A stretch of 32,000 nucleotides of DNA from Synechocystis sp. PCC 6803 substr. PCC-P. GTDB lineage: Bacteria; Cyanobacteriota; Cyanobacteriia; Cyanobacteriales; Microcystaceae. Where the stretch lies: NCBI RefSeq assembly GCF_000284455.1, contig NC_017039.1, positions 3,240,001-3,272,000 on the forward strand. Reading direction: 5' to 3'. Below, piece by piece: positions 1 through 8,812 of this stretch. The notes beneath the pieces were generated by a model. The model made no database searches, was not told where the DNA came from, and saw only the letters and a program-made list of their open reading frames with translations. Position numbers and translations under genes: made by a program. Each line of letters starts with the position of its first letter. Position 1 is the first letter of the stretch.

Positions 1-542
1 ACGAGAATAGTGGCTAAACCGATCCAAGCCCCGACGCTATGCACCACCGTTGACCCGGCAAAATCCCGAAAGCCCAAATTTTCTAACCAGCCCCCTGTAG
101 TTTCTATGCCTGCCACTGTTGCTAAGCCATTCCAAGCCCAATCTCCAAAGAGGGGATAAATGAGCCCAGAAGCTAGCCCCGCCACCAATAAGTAGGCAGA
201 AAACTTTAACCGTTCCGCCGCCGCTCCGGAAATAATTGTAGTAGCGGTGCCGCAGAACATAGCCTGAAACAGGAAAAACACCGCTAGGGTGGGTTCTCCC
301 CCTACGTCAACAAAGCTATAACCTGTGCCCCACCAGCCTCCCTGGGACAGTCCAAACATAATGCTGAAGCCAAAGGACCAAAAAAGAGCCACAGAAATGC
401 CAAAGTCAGCAAAATTTTTAATGGCAACGTTAATGCTGTTTTTAGAACGGGTTAGCCCCGACTCCAAACACATAAAACCGGCTTGCATAAAAAATACTAA
501 GCCAGCACAGAGCAACAGCCAGAGTGTATCGATGGAGGTCAT
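1..542 (-). CDS. amt3: Ammonium transporter (Amt/MEP/Rh family), N-terminal ~180 codons; the gene continues beyond the left window edge
   Basis: It is absent from the ORF track because it runs off the edge. My minus-strand translation from the ATG at 542-540 reads MTSIDTLWLLLCAGLVFFMQAGFMCLESGLTRSKNSINVAIKNFADFG...FCGTATTIISGAAAERLKF...DFAGSTVVHSVGAWIGL, a typical Amt N-terminal half. The start codon overlaps the stop of the upstream K+ channel gene (ATGA). The symbol amt3 comes from remembered Synechocystis synteny and is less certain than the family call. Confidence 0.85.
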   Translation of the reverse strand, partial: MTSIDTLWLLLCAGLVFFMQAGFMCLESGLTRSKNSINVAIKNFADFGISVALFWSFGFSIMFGLSQGGWWGTGYSFVDVGGEPTLAVFFLFQAMFCGTATTIISGAAAERLKFSAYLLVAGLASGLIYPLFGDWAWNGLATVAGIETTGGWLENLGFRDFAGSTVVHSVGAWIGLATIL

Positions 543-1645
543 GGGGTTAGGGCGGCCTCTTGCCAACGGGCTTTGAGTTGTTTGCGCTTGAACTGGTACT
601 GTTCAGCAAAGCGGGGAATTTCCGAGCGGTGACCAATGACAATGATGGTGTCGTTCTCGTTCAAGATTTGCGAAGGGTGGGGATGGAGAATAGTACTGCC
701 ATCCGCTCGGCGTAGGGCAATGACAATAAAGGCTCCCTTACTGCGAACTTCCATTTCCATAATGGTGCGACCCATGGCGGGGGAATCCGGTGCCACAATT
801 AGTTCATCCATTTGTACTTCCACGCTGGCCAACAGGTCATTTAAAAAACCCCGTTCATCGGGGCGATTGAGAAAATCCCGCCGGTTCGATTGGGTGATTA
901 AATCCGCCATCTGAACTGCCCCCACCGTCAGGGGTAAAATCACCTGATCCGCTCCTGCAAGCCTGAGTTTTCTCTCTGTTTCGGGAATTTCTCCCCGGGC
1001 CAAAATGGTCAAGCGGGAGTTGAGTTCCCTCGCAGTCAGGGTAATAAAGACATTGGTGGCATCCTCCGGCAAAACCGTGGCCAAGGTCTTTGCCCTCATT
1101 ACCCCCAACATTTGCAATTGTTCTTCCCTGGTGGCATCCCCGCAATGGGCCAGATAACCTAATTCTTCGGCGATCGCCACTTGGCTGGGTTGATTATCAA
1201 TGATGCTAAAGGGCAAGCCAGACTGTTTTAATTGCTTGGCCAAAACCTGACCCATGCGGCCAAAACCGCAAATAATTGTGTGGTCCGTTAAATTAGCAAT
1301 TTGCCGTTGCCGTTGCTGATTACCCAAAGCCCGATGGATTTCTCCCTCCGTCACCATTTGCACAAATGCTCCGACAATATAAACCGCTGAGGTGGTGCCC
1401 GCTAGAATTACCCCCATAGTAAAAACTCTTTCCGCCGTGGTGGTAAGAGGCCGCACTTCCCCATAGCCCACCCCAAAAACGGTAATGACTACCATGTACA
1501 CCGCTTCCGTCGTTGTCCAACCAAAGCAGATATAGCCCAAAGTGGCCAACACCAAGGTAACAACGAAAAACAGTACCCCCAGCTTGAGCCGTTGATTGGA
1601 ATCCTGCATAGTTAAACGGACTAAACGGCGATCGGCAAAGCCCAA
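539..1645 (-). CDS. Two-TM potassium channel with cytoplasmic RCK (TrkA-N plus TrkA-C) gating domains, MthK-like
   Basis: 368-aa ORF. It has a pore signature TVFGVGYGEV (GYG selectivity filter) between two hydrophobic helices. It also has the Rossmann motif IICGFGRMGQVLAKQL (TrkA-N) and a C-terminal TrkA-C-like segment. The track start at 1645 is TTG; the ATG at 1609 (MQDSNQRLKL...) is an equally plausible start. Confidence 0.85.
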   Translation of the reverse strand: MGFADRRLVRLTMQDSNQRLKLGVLFFVVTLVLATLGYICFGWTTTEAVYMVVITVFGVGYGEVRPLTTTAERVFTMGVILAGTTSAVYIVGAFVQMVTEGEIHRALGNQQRQRQIANLTDHTIICGFGRMGQVLAKQLKQSGLPFSIIDNQPSQVAIAEELGYLAHCGDATREEQLQMLGVMRAKTLATVLPEDATNVFITLTARELNSRLTILARGEIPETERKLRLAGADQVILPLTVGAVQMADLITQSNRRDFLNRPDERGFLNDLLASVEVQMDELIVAPDSPAMGRTIMEMEVRSKGAFIVIALRRADGSTILHPHPSQILNENDTIIVIGHRSEIPRFAEQYQFKRKQLKARWQEAALTP

Positions 1646-1906
1646 GAATGGAAAAACACCGTCCGTATAGGCAGTTTATCAACCCTAATTTAGAAAATTG
1701 TGGCGAAGGACACTAAATTCCCAATTCGCCAACTCCAGACAAAATTATGAAAAAATGCAAATCTCGGCGGCAATTTAGCCCTACTTTCAATTACTAACTA
1801 TCTTCACATTAAACTCACGAACTCAGCCTGTATTCATTTGATATGGCAGTTTTGGGTTATGGCAATTCCAACCAGTCTTTGATTACTGAAAAACAATGGG
1901 GTGAAC

Positions 1907-3244
1907 CTAAGCAGATTCCGGTTTAGGTAAGGAAGAAGGATGGAGCAATAATTCTGCTGTGGAGCGTTTTTCCACCATTTCCCTAGTGATCAAGCAGTGG
2001 GTTAAATCTTCCCGGGAAGGCAACTCATACATCACATCCAGCATTAATTCCTCCACAATGCCCCGTAACGCCCTAGCTCCGGTTTTACGACGGTGGGCCT
2101 CCGTGGCGATCGCCCGCACCGCATCGGGTTGAAAATCCAACTCCACATGGTCCATACCCAATAGGGTTTGATACTGTTTAACAATGGCATTGCGGGGCTG
2201 GGTCAGAATAGCAATTAAAGCATCCTCATCCAAGGGGTTAAGGCAGGCCATCACGGGAATACGACCAATAAATTCGGGAATCAGACCAAATTTGACTAAG
2301 TCATCGGGCTCTGCCTGACGGAGCACATCGGCAGTTCTTTTTTCCTTACTTGGCCCCTCTCCCGGCCGCACAAAGCCCATGGATTTTTTGCCAAACCTTT
2401 GTTCGATTACCTTTTCTAAGCCGACAAAAGCACCACCACAGATGAAGAGAATATTACTGGTATCAATTTGAATACAGTCTTGGTAAGGATGTTTTCTGCC
2501 TCCCTGGGGCGGCACATTGGCCACCGTTCCTTCCAACATTTTTAACAAAGCCTGCTGTACTCCTTCCCCGGACACATCTCTAGTAATGGAAGGATTCTCA
2601 CTTTTGCGGGCAATTTTATCAATTTCATCAATGTAAATAATGCCTCGCTGGGCTTCTTCCACATCCAAATCCGCTACCTGGAGCAGTCTCAACAAAATAT
2701 TTTCCACATCTTCCCCCACGTAGCCCGCTTCCGTCAGGGTAGTGGCATCGGCCACAGCGAAGGGCACTTCTAAAATTTTCGCCAGGGTTTGGGCAAGTAG
2801 GGTTTTCCCAGACCCCGTGGGGCCCACTAGAAGAATATTCGATTTTTGTAATTCCACTGCATCGCCGGGATCAATCTCTTGATTGCGCTCCAGCAGGTTT
2901 AATCTTTTGTAGTGGTTATAAACAGCGACGGAAAGCACCTTTTTAGCCTCATCTTGGCCAATTACATATTCATCCAGGTACTGTTTGATTGCCGTTGGTT
3001 TGGGTAATTCTTCTAGGGTAAGACGGCGACGGGGCTGACCAGATTTTTTTTGTTTTTGACCTGTCCCATCCCTTTCCCCGGTTGAGGCAGGGGGTACATC
3101 CAACAACTCCTCATCCAAAATGTCGTTACAGAGTTCTACACATTCATCACAAATGTACACGCCAGGGCCAGCAATTAATTTACGGACTTGCTCCTGGGAT
3201 TTGCCACAAAAAGAACATTTCAGATGGGAGTCGTATTTGGGCAT
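1907..3244 (-). CDS. clpX: ATP-dependent Clp protease ATP-binding subunit ClpX
   Basis: 445 aa. N-terminal zinc-binding motif CSFCGK...CDEC, Walker A GPTGSGKT, Walker [10 protein letters not shown]. It starts 4 nt after the clpP stop. Confidence 0.97.
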   Translation of the reverse strand: MPKYDSHLKCSFCGKSQEQVRKLIAGPGVYICDECVELCNDILDEELLDVPPASTGERDGTGQKQKKSGQPRRRLTLEELPKPTAIKQYLDEYVIGQDEAKKVLSVAVYNHYKRLNLLERNQEIDPGDAVELQKSNILLVGPTGSGKTLLAQTLAKILEVPFAVADATTLTEAGYVGEDVENILLRLLQVADLDVEEAQRGIIYIDEIDKIARKSENPSITRDVSGEGVQQALLKMLEGTVANVPPQGGRKHPYQDCIQIDTSNILFICGGAFVGLEKVIEQRFGKKSMGFVRPGEGPSKEKRTADVLRQAEPDDLVKFGLIPEFIGRIPVMACLNPLDEDALIAILTQPRNAIVKQYQTLLGMDHVELDFQPDAVRAIATEAHRRKTGARALRGIVEELMLDVMYELPSREDLTHCLITREMVEKRSTAELLLHPSSLPKPESA

Positions 3245-3248
3245 AAAA

Positions 3249-3929
3249 CTAACCGAGGGAGGTGACGGGGGTAGTGGGGTCGGGAAGATTAGGGCGGGAA
3301 ATTACCTGGTCAATGAGGCCATACTCCTTTGCTTCCTCCGCAGACATAAAGAAATCTCTTTCCGTATCTTCCTGGAGTTTTTCCATGGGTTGGCCGGTGT
3401 GTTCCACCAACATGGTATTGAGGCGATCCTTGATGTACAGGATTTCCCTGGCCTGAATTTCAATTTCCACCGCTTGACCCTGGGCTCCCCCGAGGGGTTG
3501 GTGAATCATGATGCGAGAACTAGGCAAAGCCATACGTTTTCCCTTACAGCCACCGGAAAGCAAAAAAGCCCCCATGCTGGCAGCCAGACCAAAACAGATG
3601 GTGACCACATCGGGACGAATCTGTTGCATGGTGTCATAGATGGCCAGGCCGGCATAAACGGAGCCCCCCGGGGAGTTGATGTAGAGTTGGATGTCTTTTT
3701 CCGGGTCCTCTGCGTCCAAAAATAGTAGCTGGGCCACAATGGAATCTGCCACTTGGTCGTCCACAGGGGTGCCCAAAAAGATGATTCTTTCCCTTAGCAG
3801 ACGGGAGTAAATGTCGAAGGCTCGCTCGCCCATGCCAGACTGTTCCACCACCATGGGAACAACGCTTTGGATGTTATTGCCCCCTAGGGTACTGAGGGGA
3901 GAACGGTAGGGAGAACGGGAGTTGACCAT
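3249..3929 (-). CDS. clpP: ATP-dependent Clp protease proteolytic subunit ClpP
   Basis: 226 aa. Catalytic Ser context GLAASMGAF and His context IMIHQPLGG. It sits directly upstream of clpX. I believe it is the paralog called clpP2 in Synechocystis. Confidence 0.95.
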   Translation of the reverse strand: MVNSRSPYRSPLSTLGGNNIQSVVPMVVEQSGMGERAFDIYSRLLRERIIFLGTPVDDQVADSIVAQLLFLDAEDPEKDIQLYINSPGGSVYAGLAIYDTMQQIRPDVVTICFGLAASMGAFLLSGGCKGKRMALPSSRIMIHQPLGGAQGQAVEIEIQAREILYIKDRLNTMLVEHTGQPMEKLQEDTERDFFMSAEEAKEYGLIDQVISRPNLPDPTTPVTSLG

Positions 3930-4228
3930 GGGTTAGGTACGGGGAAAGGTAGGGAAAATTAAGAAAAAGGCGGACAGGGATCAAGCCGGCGTCCAAGGAG
4001 TGGGGAAAAAAAACTTTTCCTTTACTTTGCTTTAGGTTAACTCAACTTTGTTGCCGACATGGTCTCATCTTACCTAGATTTACTTGAGCCTTGGGGGACT
4101 AACGCCCTAGGACAGGGAGGGCAGGAGGTTAATCTGCCCTGTCAATTTACCTATTCCGGAGATTTCTCCTCTAGTTTGCGGAGGCCCGGTATGCCTCTGA
4201 CACCCCAAGGGTAATTTGGGCCAACGGG

Positions 4229-5644
4229 TTACTCTTCGTCGGAGGTTGCTTCCACATCCACGATGGCTTCTTCCTCTGCATCGTCGTCGGGAGTATCTTC
4301 CTCAGTCTGGCTGAGGCTACCCTCCGGCAACAGTTCAACGTCAGCCCATTCTTTGAGCAGATCCAGCACTTTACTTTCTGTGAGGGAACTTTCCACAAAG
4401 TTCACCAGCCGGGATTCGTCGATTTTTTCTCCCTTGAATTCCTGACGAAGCTCGTCACAGCGTTCCTTAACTTCTGCTTCGGTGGGCTGAATTTTTTCTT
4501 CTTTGGCAATGGCTCCTATCATCAGGTCGGTTTTAAGGTTGGCGATCGCCTCTGGGCGGGAATTGTCCTTGAGGGTTTGGAGCATATCATCCCCCTGACG
4601 GAACAGTTGGGAAACATCTAGTCCCATGCGTTCTAGTTCCATGGCGGTTTGGGCCACTAGGCGATCGCACTCCTGTTTGATCATGGTTTCCGGTAAATCC
4701 CCGGTGAACAGTTCCCCCAATTTTTTCTTAATGGCAGCCTTGATGTTGTCATCGGTGCGCTGTTTGGCCTGTTCCTGGAATTGTTTCTCCAGATCCGCCT
4801 TGAGCTCTGCCATGGTCTCAAACTCGCTCACATCTTCGGCGAAGTCATCGTCCAATTCAGGCAGTTCCCGGAATTTAATTTCTTTGAGCTTAATTTCAAA
4901 CAACACATCTTCCCCCGCCACAGCTTCCAAGGGATAGTCCTCCGGAAAAGTAACCGGAATCAGTTTGGTTTCATCAACCGCCATTCCGACAATACCGTCC
5001 ACAATACCAGCCACAAAACGACCGTCTTCTAGGGTCACCTCAAAATCAGACCCCTTCACTTCGGCGATCGCCTCTCCAGCTTGACCATCTTCTGCCACCT
5101 GAAAAGCGGCGTAGTCCACAATGGCCAGATCTCCCAGGGCCGCAGGACGGTCCTCCACCGGGACAAGGGTAGCCCGTTTTTCCTGTTCTCCCTTGAGCCA
5201 CTGGTCAACGGCATCGGCACTGTATTCGATTTCTTCCGCCTGGGCAGTGATTTTTTTATAGCTCTCCGGTTCATATTCCGCTTCGGGGAACACATCCGCT
5301 GCCACCTTAATGGTGAGGGGCGCTTCAGGGTCAAAGATTTGAATTAGGTTTTCCATGTCCGAGCGCAGGGAAAAATTGCCAATGATGGGTAGTTCTTCTT
5401 GCTTAACCGCGGCTTTAATGCTGTCGTCGATCAACTCTTCAATGGCCGTGGCCTTGATATAGCTTTGTCCCAAACGCTGGATAACAATGGCCCGGGGCAC
5501 CTTCCCCCGACGGAACCCAGGAATATTAACGGTGCGGGTTAACTTTTTGACGACGTTCTCATAAACTTTTTTCGACGCTGTGGCGGGAATCTCAATTTCT
5601 AGCCCAACTTGACTATCTGGCAATTTTTCCTGGGTAACTTTCAT
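4229..5644 (-). CDS. tig: Trigger factor (ribosome-associated chaperone / PPIase)
   Basis: The ORF 4229-5671 contains the ribosome-binding signature GFRRGKVP near the N-terminus, an overall trigger-factor layout and an acidic C-terminal tail. I prefer the ATG at 5644 (MKVTQEKL...) over the upstream ATG at 5671. Conserved tig-clpP-clpX order. Confidence 0.95.
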   Translation of the reverse strand: MKVTQEKLPDSQVGLEIEIPATASKKVYENVVKKLTRTVNIPGFRRGKVPRAIVIQRLGQSYIKATAIEELIDDSIKAAVKQEELPIIGNFSLRSDMENLIQIFDPEAPLTIKVAADVFPEAEYEPESYKKITAQAEEIEYSADAVDQWLKGEQEKRATLVPVEDRPAALGDLAIVDYAAFQVAEDGQAGEAIAEVKGSDFEVTLEDGRFVAGIVDGIVGMAVDETKLIPVTFPEDYPLEAVAGEDVLFEIKLKEIKFRELPELDDDFAEDVSEFETMAELKADLEKQFQEQAKQRTDDNIKAAIKKKLGELFTGDLPETMIKQECDRLVAQTAMELERMGLDVSQLFRQGDDMLQTLKDNSRPEAIANLKTDLMIGAIAKEEKIQPTEAEVKERCDELRQEFKGEKIDESRLVNFVESSLTESKVLDLLKEWADVELLPEGSLSQTEEDTPDDDAEEEAIVDVEATSDEE

Positions 5645-6137
5645 TGATGGGAAATCTCGATGGTGAAACAATGGGGGCAGTGGGCACTAAGTTCACCCCT
5701 GGAGGGCTGGGAAGGACTGCAGAAATCGGTCTGTGGGCCCTTCTACCCGTGTTATGCTAGGTTCACTTAGACCGAGGGAAATGTTTCCCTTCTAGCCCCG
5801 CAACGCAATGGCTCGGGGAAGACCTGTGGCGGTCAACCCAATTGATCATAATATAAGCCGGGTGCCATTTTTTCCTAGGGCGAGAATCTTTTCCCGCCGG
5901 GGGGTCCCCCAGGCCGGTTTGAGAGAATGGGACTAAATCAATGATTTTTCTAGCTGGACAATTCAATAATGGCTTTGCGGTTTAGGGGGCAATGCCCTGC
6001 GTCACAATTAGTTTTTTCTTTTTTGGCTGATTTTTTACCCCAACAACTTTGACCAACTGGGCTTAACTAAGCTTGATACTGCTTTCTGACTGCGTTGCCC
6101 ATCTTTCGATCCCGATTAGCTACTGGAGGAGTAAGCT

Positions 6138-7154
6138 TTGCCATCACCGATACGCGTTGCCATCCTGGGGGCCACTGGGGCCGTTGGCACAGAATTACTG
6201 GAGTTACTGGCCAGCCGGAATTTTCCCCTGGCAGAATTAAAACTTTTGGCCTCGCCCCGTTCTGCGGGTAAAACCCTGGAGTTCCAAGGAGAAAAGTTAC
6301 CGATCCAGGCAGTGGATGGTTCAGCGTTTAAAGGCTGTGACTTGGTGTTGGCTTCCGCCGGTGGTTCCACTTCCAAGCGTTGGGCAGAGGAAATTACCAA
6401 AGCCGGAGCGGTGATGGTGGACAATTCCAGCGCTTTTCGCATGGTGCCGGAAGTGCCCCTAGTGGTACCGGAAATTAATCCCGAAGCGGCCCAAAACCAC
6501 CAAGGCATCATTGCCAACCCCAACTGCACGACGATTTTAATGGGGGTAGCCATCTATCCCCTGCATCAGCTCCAACCTATTAAACGCATTGTGGTGGCCA
6601 CCTACCAGTCTGCCAGTGGGGCCGGGGCCATGGCCATGGAAGAAGTGAAGCACCAAAGCCGGGACATCCTGGAGGGAAAAATTCCCCAAGCTGAGATTTT
6701 GCCCTATCCTTTGGCTTTTAACCTCTTTCCCCACAACTCCCCCATCACAGCTAACCACTACTGTGAGGAGGAAATGAAAATGGTGCAGGAAACCCGGAAA
6801 ATCTTTGCCGCAGAAGATATACGCATCACGGCCACCTGTGTGCGGGTACCTGTGCTCCGGGCCCACTCAGAAGCGGTCAACTTGGAATTTGCCACCCCAT
6901 TCCCGGTGGAATTGGCCAAAACGGCGATCGCCAAAGCTCCGGGGGTAAAACTGGTGGAGGATTGGCAAAAAAATTATTTCCCCATGCCCATGGATGCCAC
7001 AGGCCAGGACGACGTGTTGGTAGGACGTATTCGCCAAGATATTTCCCACCCCAATGGTTTGGACCTGTGGTTGTGCGGTGATCAAATTCGTAAAGGGGCA
7101 GCCCTCAATGCGGTGCAAATCGCCGAATTATTGGTGGAGCGGGGGTGGCTGTAG
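6138..7154 (+). CDS. asd: Aspartate-semialdehyde dehydrogenase
   Basis: 338 aa. N-terminal NAD(P) fold VAILGATGAVG and active-site Cys context IANPNCTT. The start codon is TTG at 6138, preceded by a strong Shine-Dalgarno GGAGGA at 6125-6130. Confidence 0.95.
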   Translation: MPSPIRVAILGATGAVGTELLELLASRNFPLAELKLLASPRSAGKTLEFQGEKLPIQAVDGSAFKGCDLVLASAGGSTSKRWAEEITKAGAVMVDNSSAFRMVPEVPLVVPEINPEAAQNHQGIIANPNCTTILMGVAIYPLHQLQPIKRIVVATYQSASGAGAMAMEEVKHQSRDILEGKIPQAEILPYPLAFNLFPHNSPITANHYCEEEMKMVQETRKIFAAEDIRITATCVRVPVLRAHSEAVNLEFATPFPVELAKTAIAKAPGVKLVEDWQKNYFPMPMDATGQDDVLVGRIRQDISHPNGLDLWLCGDQIRKGAALNAVQIAELLVERGWL

Positions 7155-7213
7155 AATTTTTCCCAACCCATCCATGGTTACTTGCCCGCTGCCCTTTTTC
7201 GTTGAGATAGTCT

Positions 7214-8119
7214 ATGGCTGATTTTGTAAGCACTTCCCCCTTTGGCCCTGTGTTAACTGCGATGGTTACCCCCTTCAATGCCGATGGTGGGGTGGATTAT
7301 GGGGTAGCGGAAAAATTGGCTGACCATCTCATCACCCATGGCAGTGACGGCCTGGTGGTCTGTGGCACCACGGGGGAATCTCCCACCCTTTCCTGGGAGG
7401 AGGAGCATGAGCTATTTCGGGTGGTTAAACAAACCGTCGGCGATCGGGGTTCCGTCATTGCCGGCACTGGGTCTAACTGTACCCGGGAGGCCATGGAAGC
7501 AACCCAGATTGCGGCCAAGTTGGGAGTGGATGGTTCCCTCCAGGTAGTGCCCTACTATAACAAGCCTCCCCAGGAAGGTTTATTGGCCCATTTCCAGGCG
7601 ATCGCCAATTGTGCGCCGGAGTTGCCCCTGATGTTGTACAACATTCCCGGCAGAACGGGCCAGAGCCTAGCCCCGGAAACGGTTTACCGTTTAGCGGAAG
7701 TGGAAAACATTGTGGCCATCAAAGAAGCCACCGGCAGTTTGGAGCAGGCTTCCCTAATTCGGGCCCATACCCCCGATGATTTTGCCATCTATGCCGGGGA
7801 TGATGTGCTGACTCTTCCTTTATTGGCCGTGGGAGGGGCCGGGGTGGTCAGTGTGGCCAGTCATCTGGTCGGCGATCGCCTGCAGGCCATGGTGCAGCAT
7901 TTTGCCCAGGGAGCAACGGCCCAAGCCCTCGAAATCCATTTACAGCTAATACCCCTATTTAAAATTCTTTTCTGCGCCACCAATCCCATCCCAGTCAAAA
8001 CAGCCCTGGGACTCCAGGGTTGGCCCGTAGGATCGTTCAGACCTCCCCTTTGTGCTCTGTCCCCTGGCCACACCGAACAGTTACGAGACGTACTAAGGGA
8101 TTTAGCCTTACTTCCCTAG
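7214..8119 (+). CDS. dapA: 4-hydroxy-tetrahydrodipicolinate synthase (dihydrodipicolinate synthase)
   Basis: 301 aa. Motifs GTTGES and YNIPGRTG, and Schiff-base Lys context VAIKEATG. It lies 59 nt downstream of asd on the same strand, so a likely asd-dapA operon. Confidence 0.95.
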   Translation: MADFVSTSPFGPVLTAMVTPFNADGGVDYGVAEKLADHLITHGSDGLVVCGTTGESPTLSWEEEHELFRVVKQTVGDRGSVIAGTGSNCTREAMEATQIAAKLGVDGSLQVVPYYNKPPQEGLLAHFQAIANCAPELPLMLYNIPGRTGQSLAPETVYRLAEVENIVAIKEATGSLEQASLIRAHTPDDFAIYAGDDVLTLPLLAVGGAGVVSVASHLVGDRLQAMVQHFAQGATAQALEIHLQLIPLFKILFCATNPIPVKTALGLQGWPVGSFRPPLCALSPGHTEQLRDVLRDLALLP

Positions 8120-8342
8120 GGTAAAGAACTTGGGGATAAATATTCGATTAACCCAAGGAAGATAGACCGAATCAATTGGGAAACTTGACCTTGGCGATAC
8201 CAGTCAAAGAATGGCAGTCACAAGCTGAAATGATCTTTGATCAAATTTAATCAATTACCATCAACTCCATGGCTAAATCCCTGCCCAGTGTCGATGATTT
8301 CTCAATTTTTTTCTCAGAATAGGTACCTATCCGGAATGTATA

Positions 8343-8351
8343 TGCTAGAAT
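8343..8351 (+). promoter_or_regulatory. Candidate extended -10 promoter element (TGcTAGAAT) inside the long leader upstream of RNase J
   Basis: The sequence tatGcTAGAATggc matches TGnTATAAT at 8 of 9 positions. There is no good -35, which extended -10 promoters do not require. It would place a TSS near 8358-8360 and give a ~455-nt 5' UTR. This is motif only, with no transcript data. Confidence 0.3.
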
Positions 8352-8812
8352 GGCATGAACTTAAGAGCGAAGTAAGTTTTTCGATTCCGTCCAAACCTGA
8401 ATAGATAATCCATCCCATATGCGAGCTAGTTCATTACACCGATTAGCTAAAGGCTTCAGCGTCTTCTTTCCATTTTCGATACTTTCCGAGCCCAGAATGA
8501 GCTAAATTTTTTCTGAATCAGTCTTCGTTTTTACCTTCTGGCATTAGGGCTTGCCCTCTCCCCACCGGCTCCAAAGATTGCAAATACATTCACTCCTTGG
8601 GATGTTCTCAAAACTCGGTTCTATCCGTTTCTATAAATTCCCCAAAAACAAGTGGAATGCTAATCCAAAGATTGAATTGAATCGGTCGTTTGCTGATTGC
8701 TTAGCCCCGTTTTTGCTCTGCCCGGACCTCAGTTTGTTCTTCAATTTCTTCAAGTTGCACTGCGACTGTTGATTCTTAACTAGCTAAATTACAACGTTTT
8801 TTTATTTACACT

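Noticed and set aside
883-891. GGTTCGATT, resembling a tRNA T-arm
   Set aside because: It lies inside the K+ channel coding frame, and no acceptor, D or anticodon arms can be built around it. It is a coincidental match. I found no tRNA anywhere in the window.
1646-1906. Searched for an NtcA box (GTA-N8-TAC) upstream of the K+ channel/amt operon
   Set aside because: I found only degenerate matches, such as GTAttcatttgATA near 1832 and GTAtaggcagtTTA near 1664. None has the TAC half-site or a properly spaced -10, so I make no call.
3120-3725. 201-aa plus-strand ORF across the clpX/clpP junction
   Set aside because: It is entirely antisense to two genes with unambiguous motifs. Its composition is skewed (rich in G, H, L and R) and it has no start context. 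It is a typical shadow ORF.
4111-4143. Hairpin AGGGCAG-N9-CTGCCCT downstream of the tig stop, considered as a terminator
   Set aside because: No U-tract follows it on the minus strand. tig, clpP and clpX may be co-transcribed or may use a non-canonical 3' end, so there is not enough for a terminator call.
5763-5966. 67-aa minus-strand ORF in the tig/asd intergenic region
   Set aside because: It has a TTG start and a W/H/R/P-rich composition, and it overlaps the G/C-rich inverted repeats. It is unlikely to be coding.
6116-6553. 145-aa minus-strand ORF overlapping the 5' part of asd
   Set aside because: It is antisense to asd, which has clear catalytic motifs. It is Ser/Ala/Pro-rich and low-complexity. 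Shadow ORF.
8518-8589. 23-codon minus-strand ORF (MYLQSLEPVGRGQALMPEGKNED) preceded by AAGGAG
   Set aside because: The Shine-Dalgarno spacing is only 3 nt, the ORF is very short, and I have no conservation or expression evidence. It cannot be supported from sequence alone.
8551-8772. 73-aa plus-strand ORF in the rnj leader
   Set aside because: It has a TTG start with no Shine-Dalgarno, an odd composition (rich in F, L, C, P and K) and ends in CDC. It is more likely chance in an AT-rich leader. I kept the region as a non-coding finding instead.
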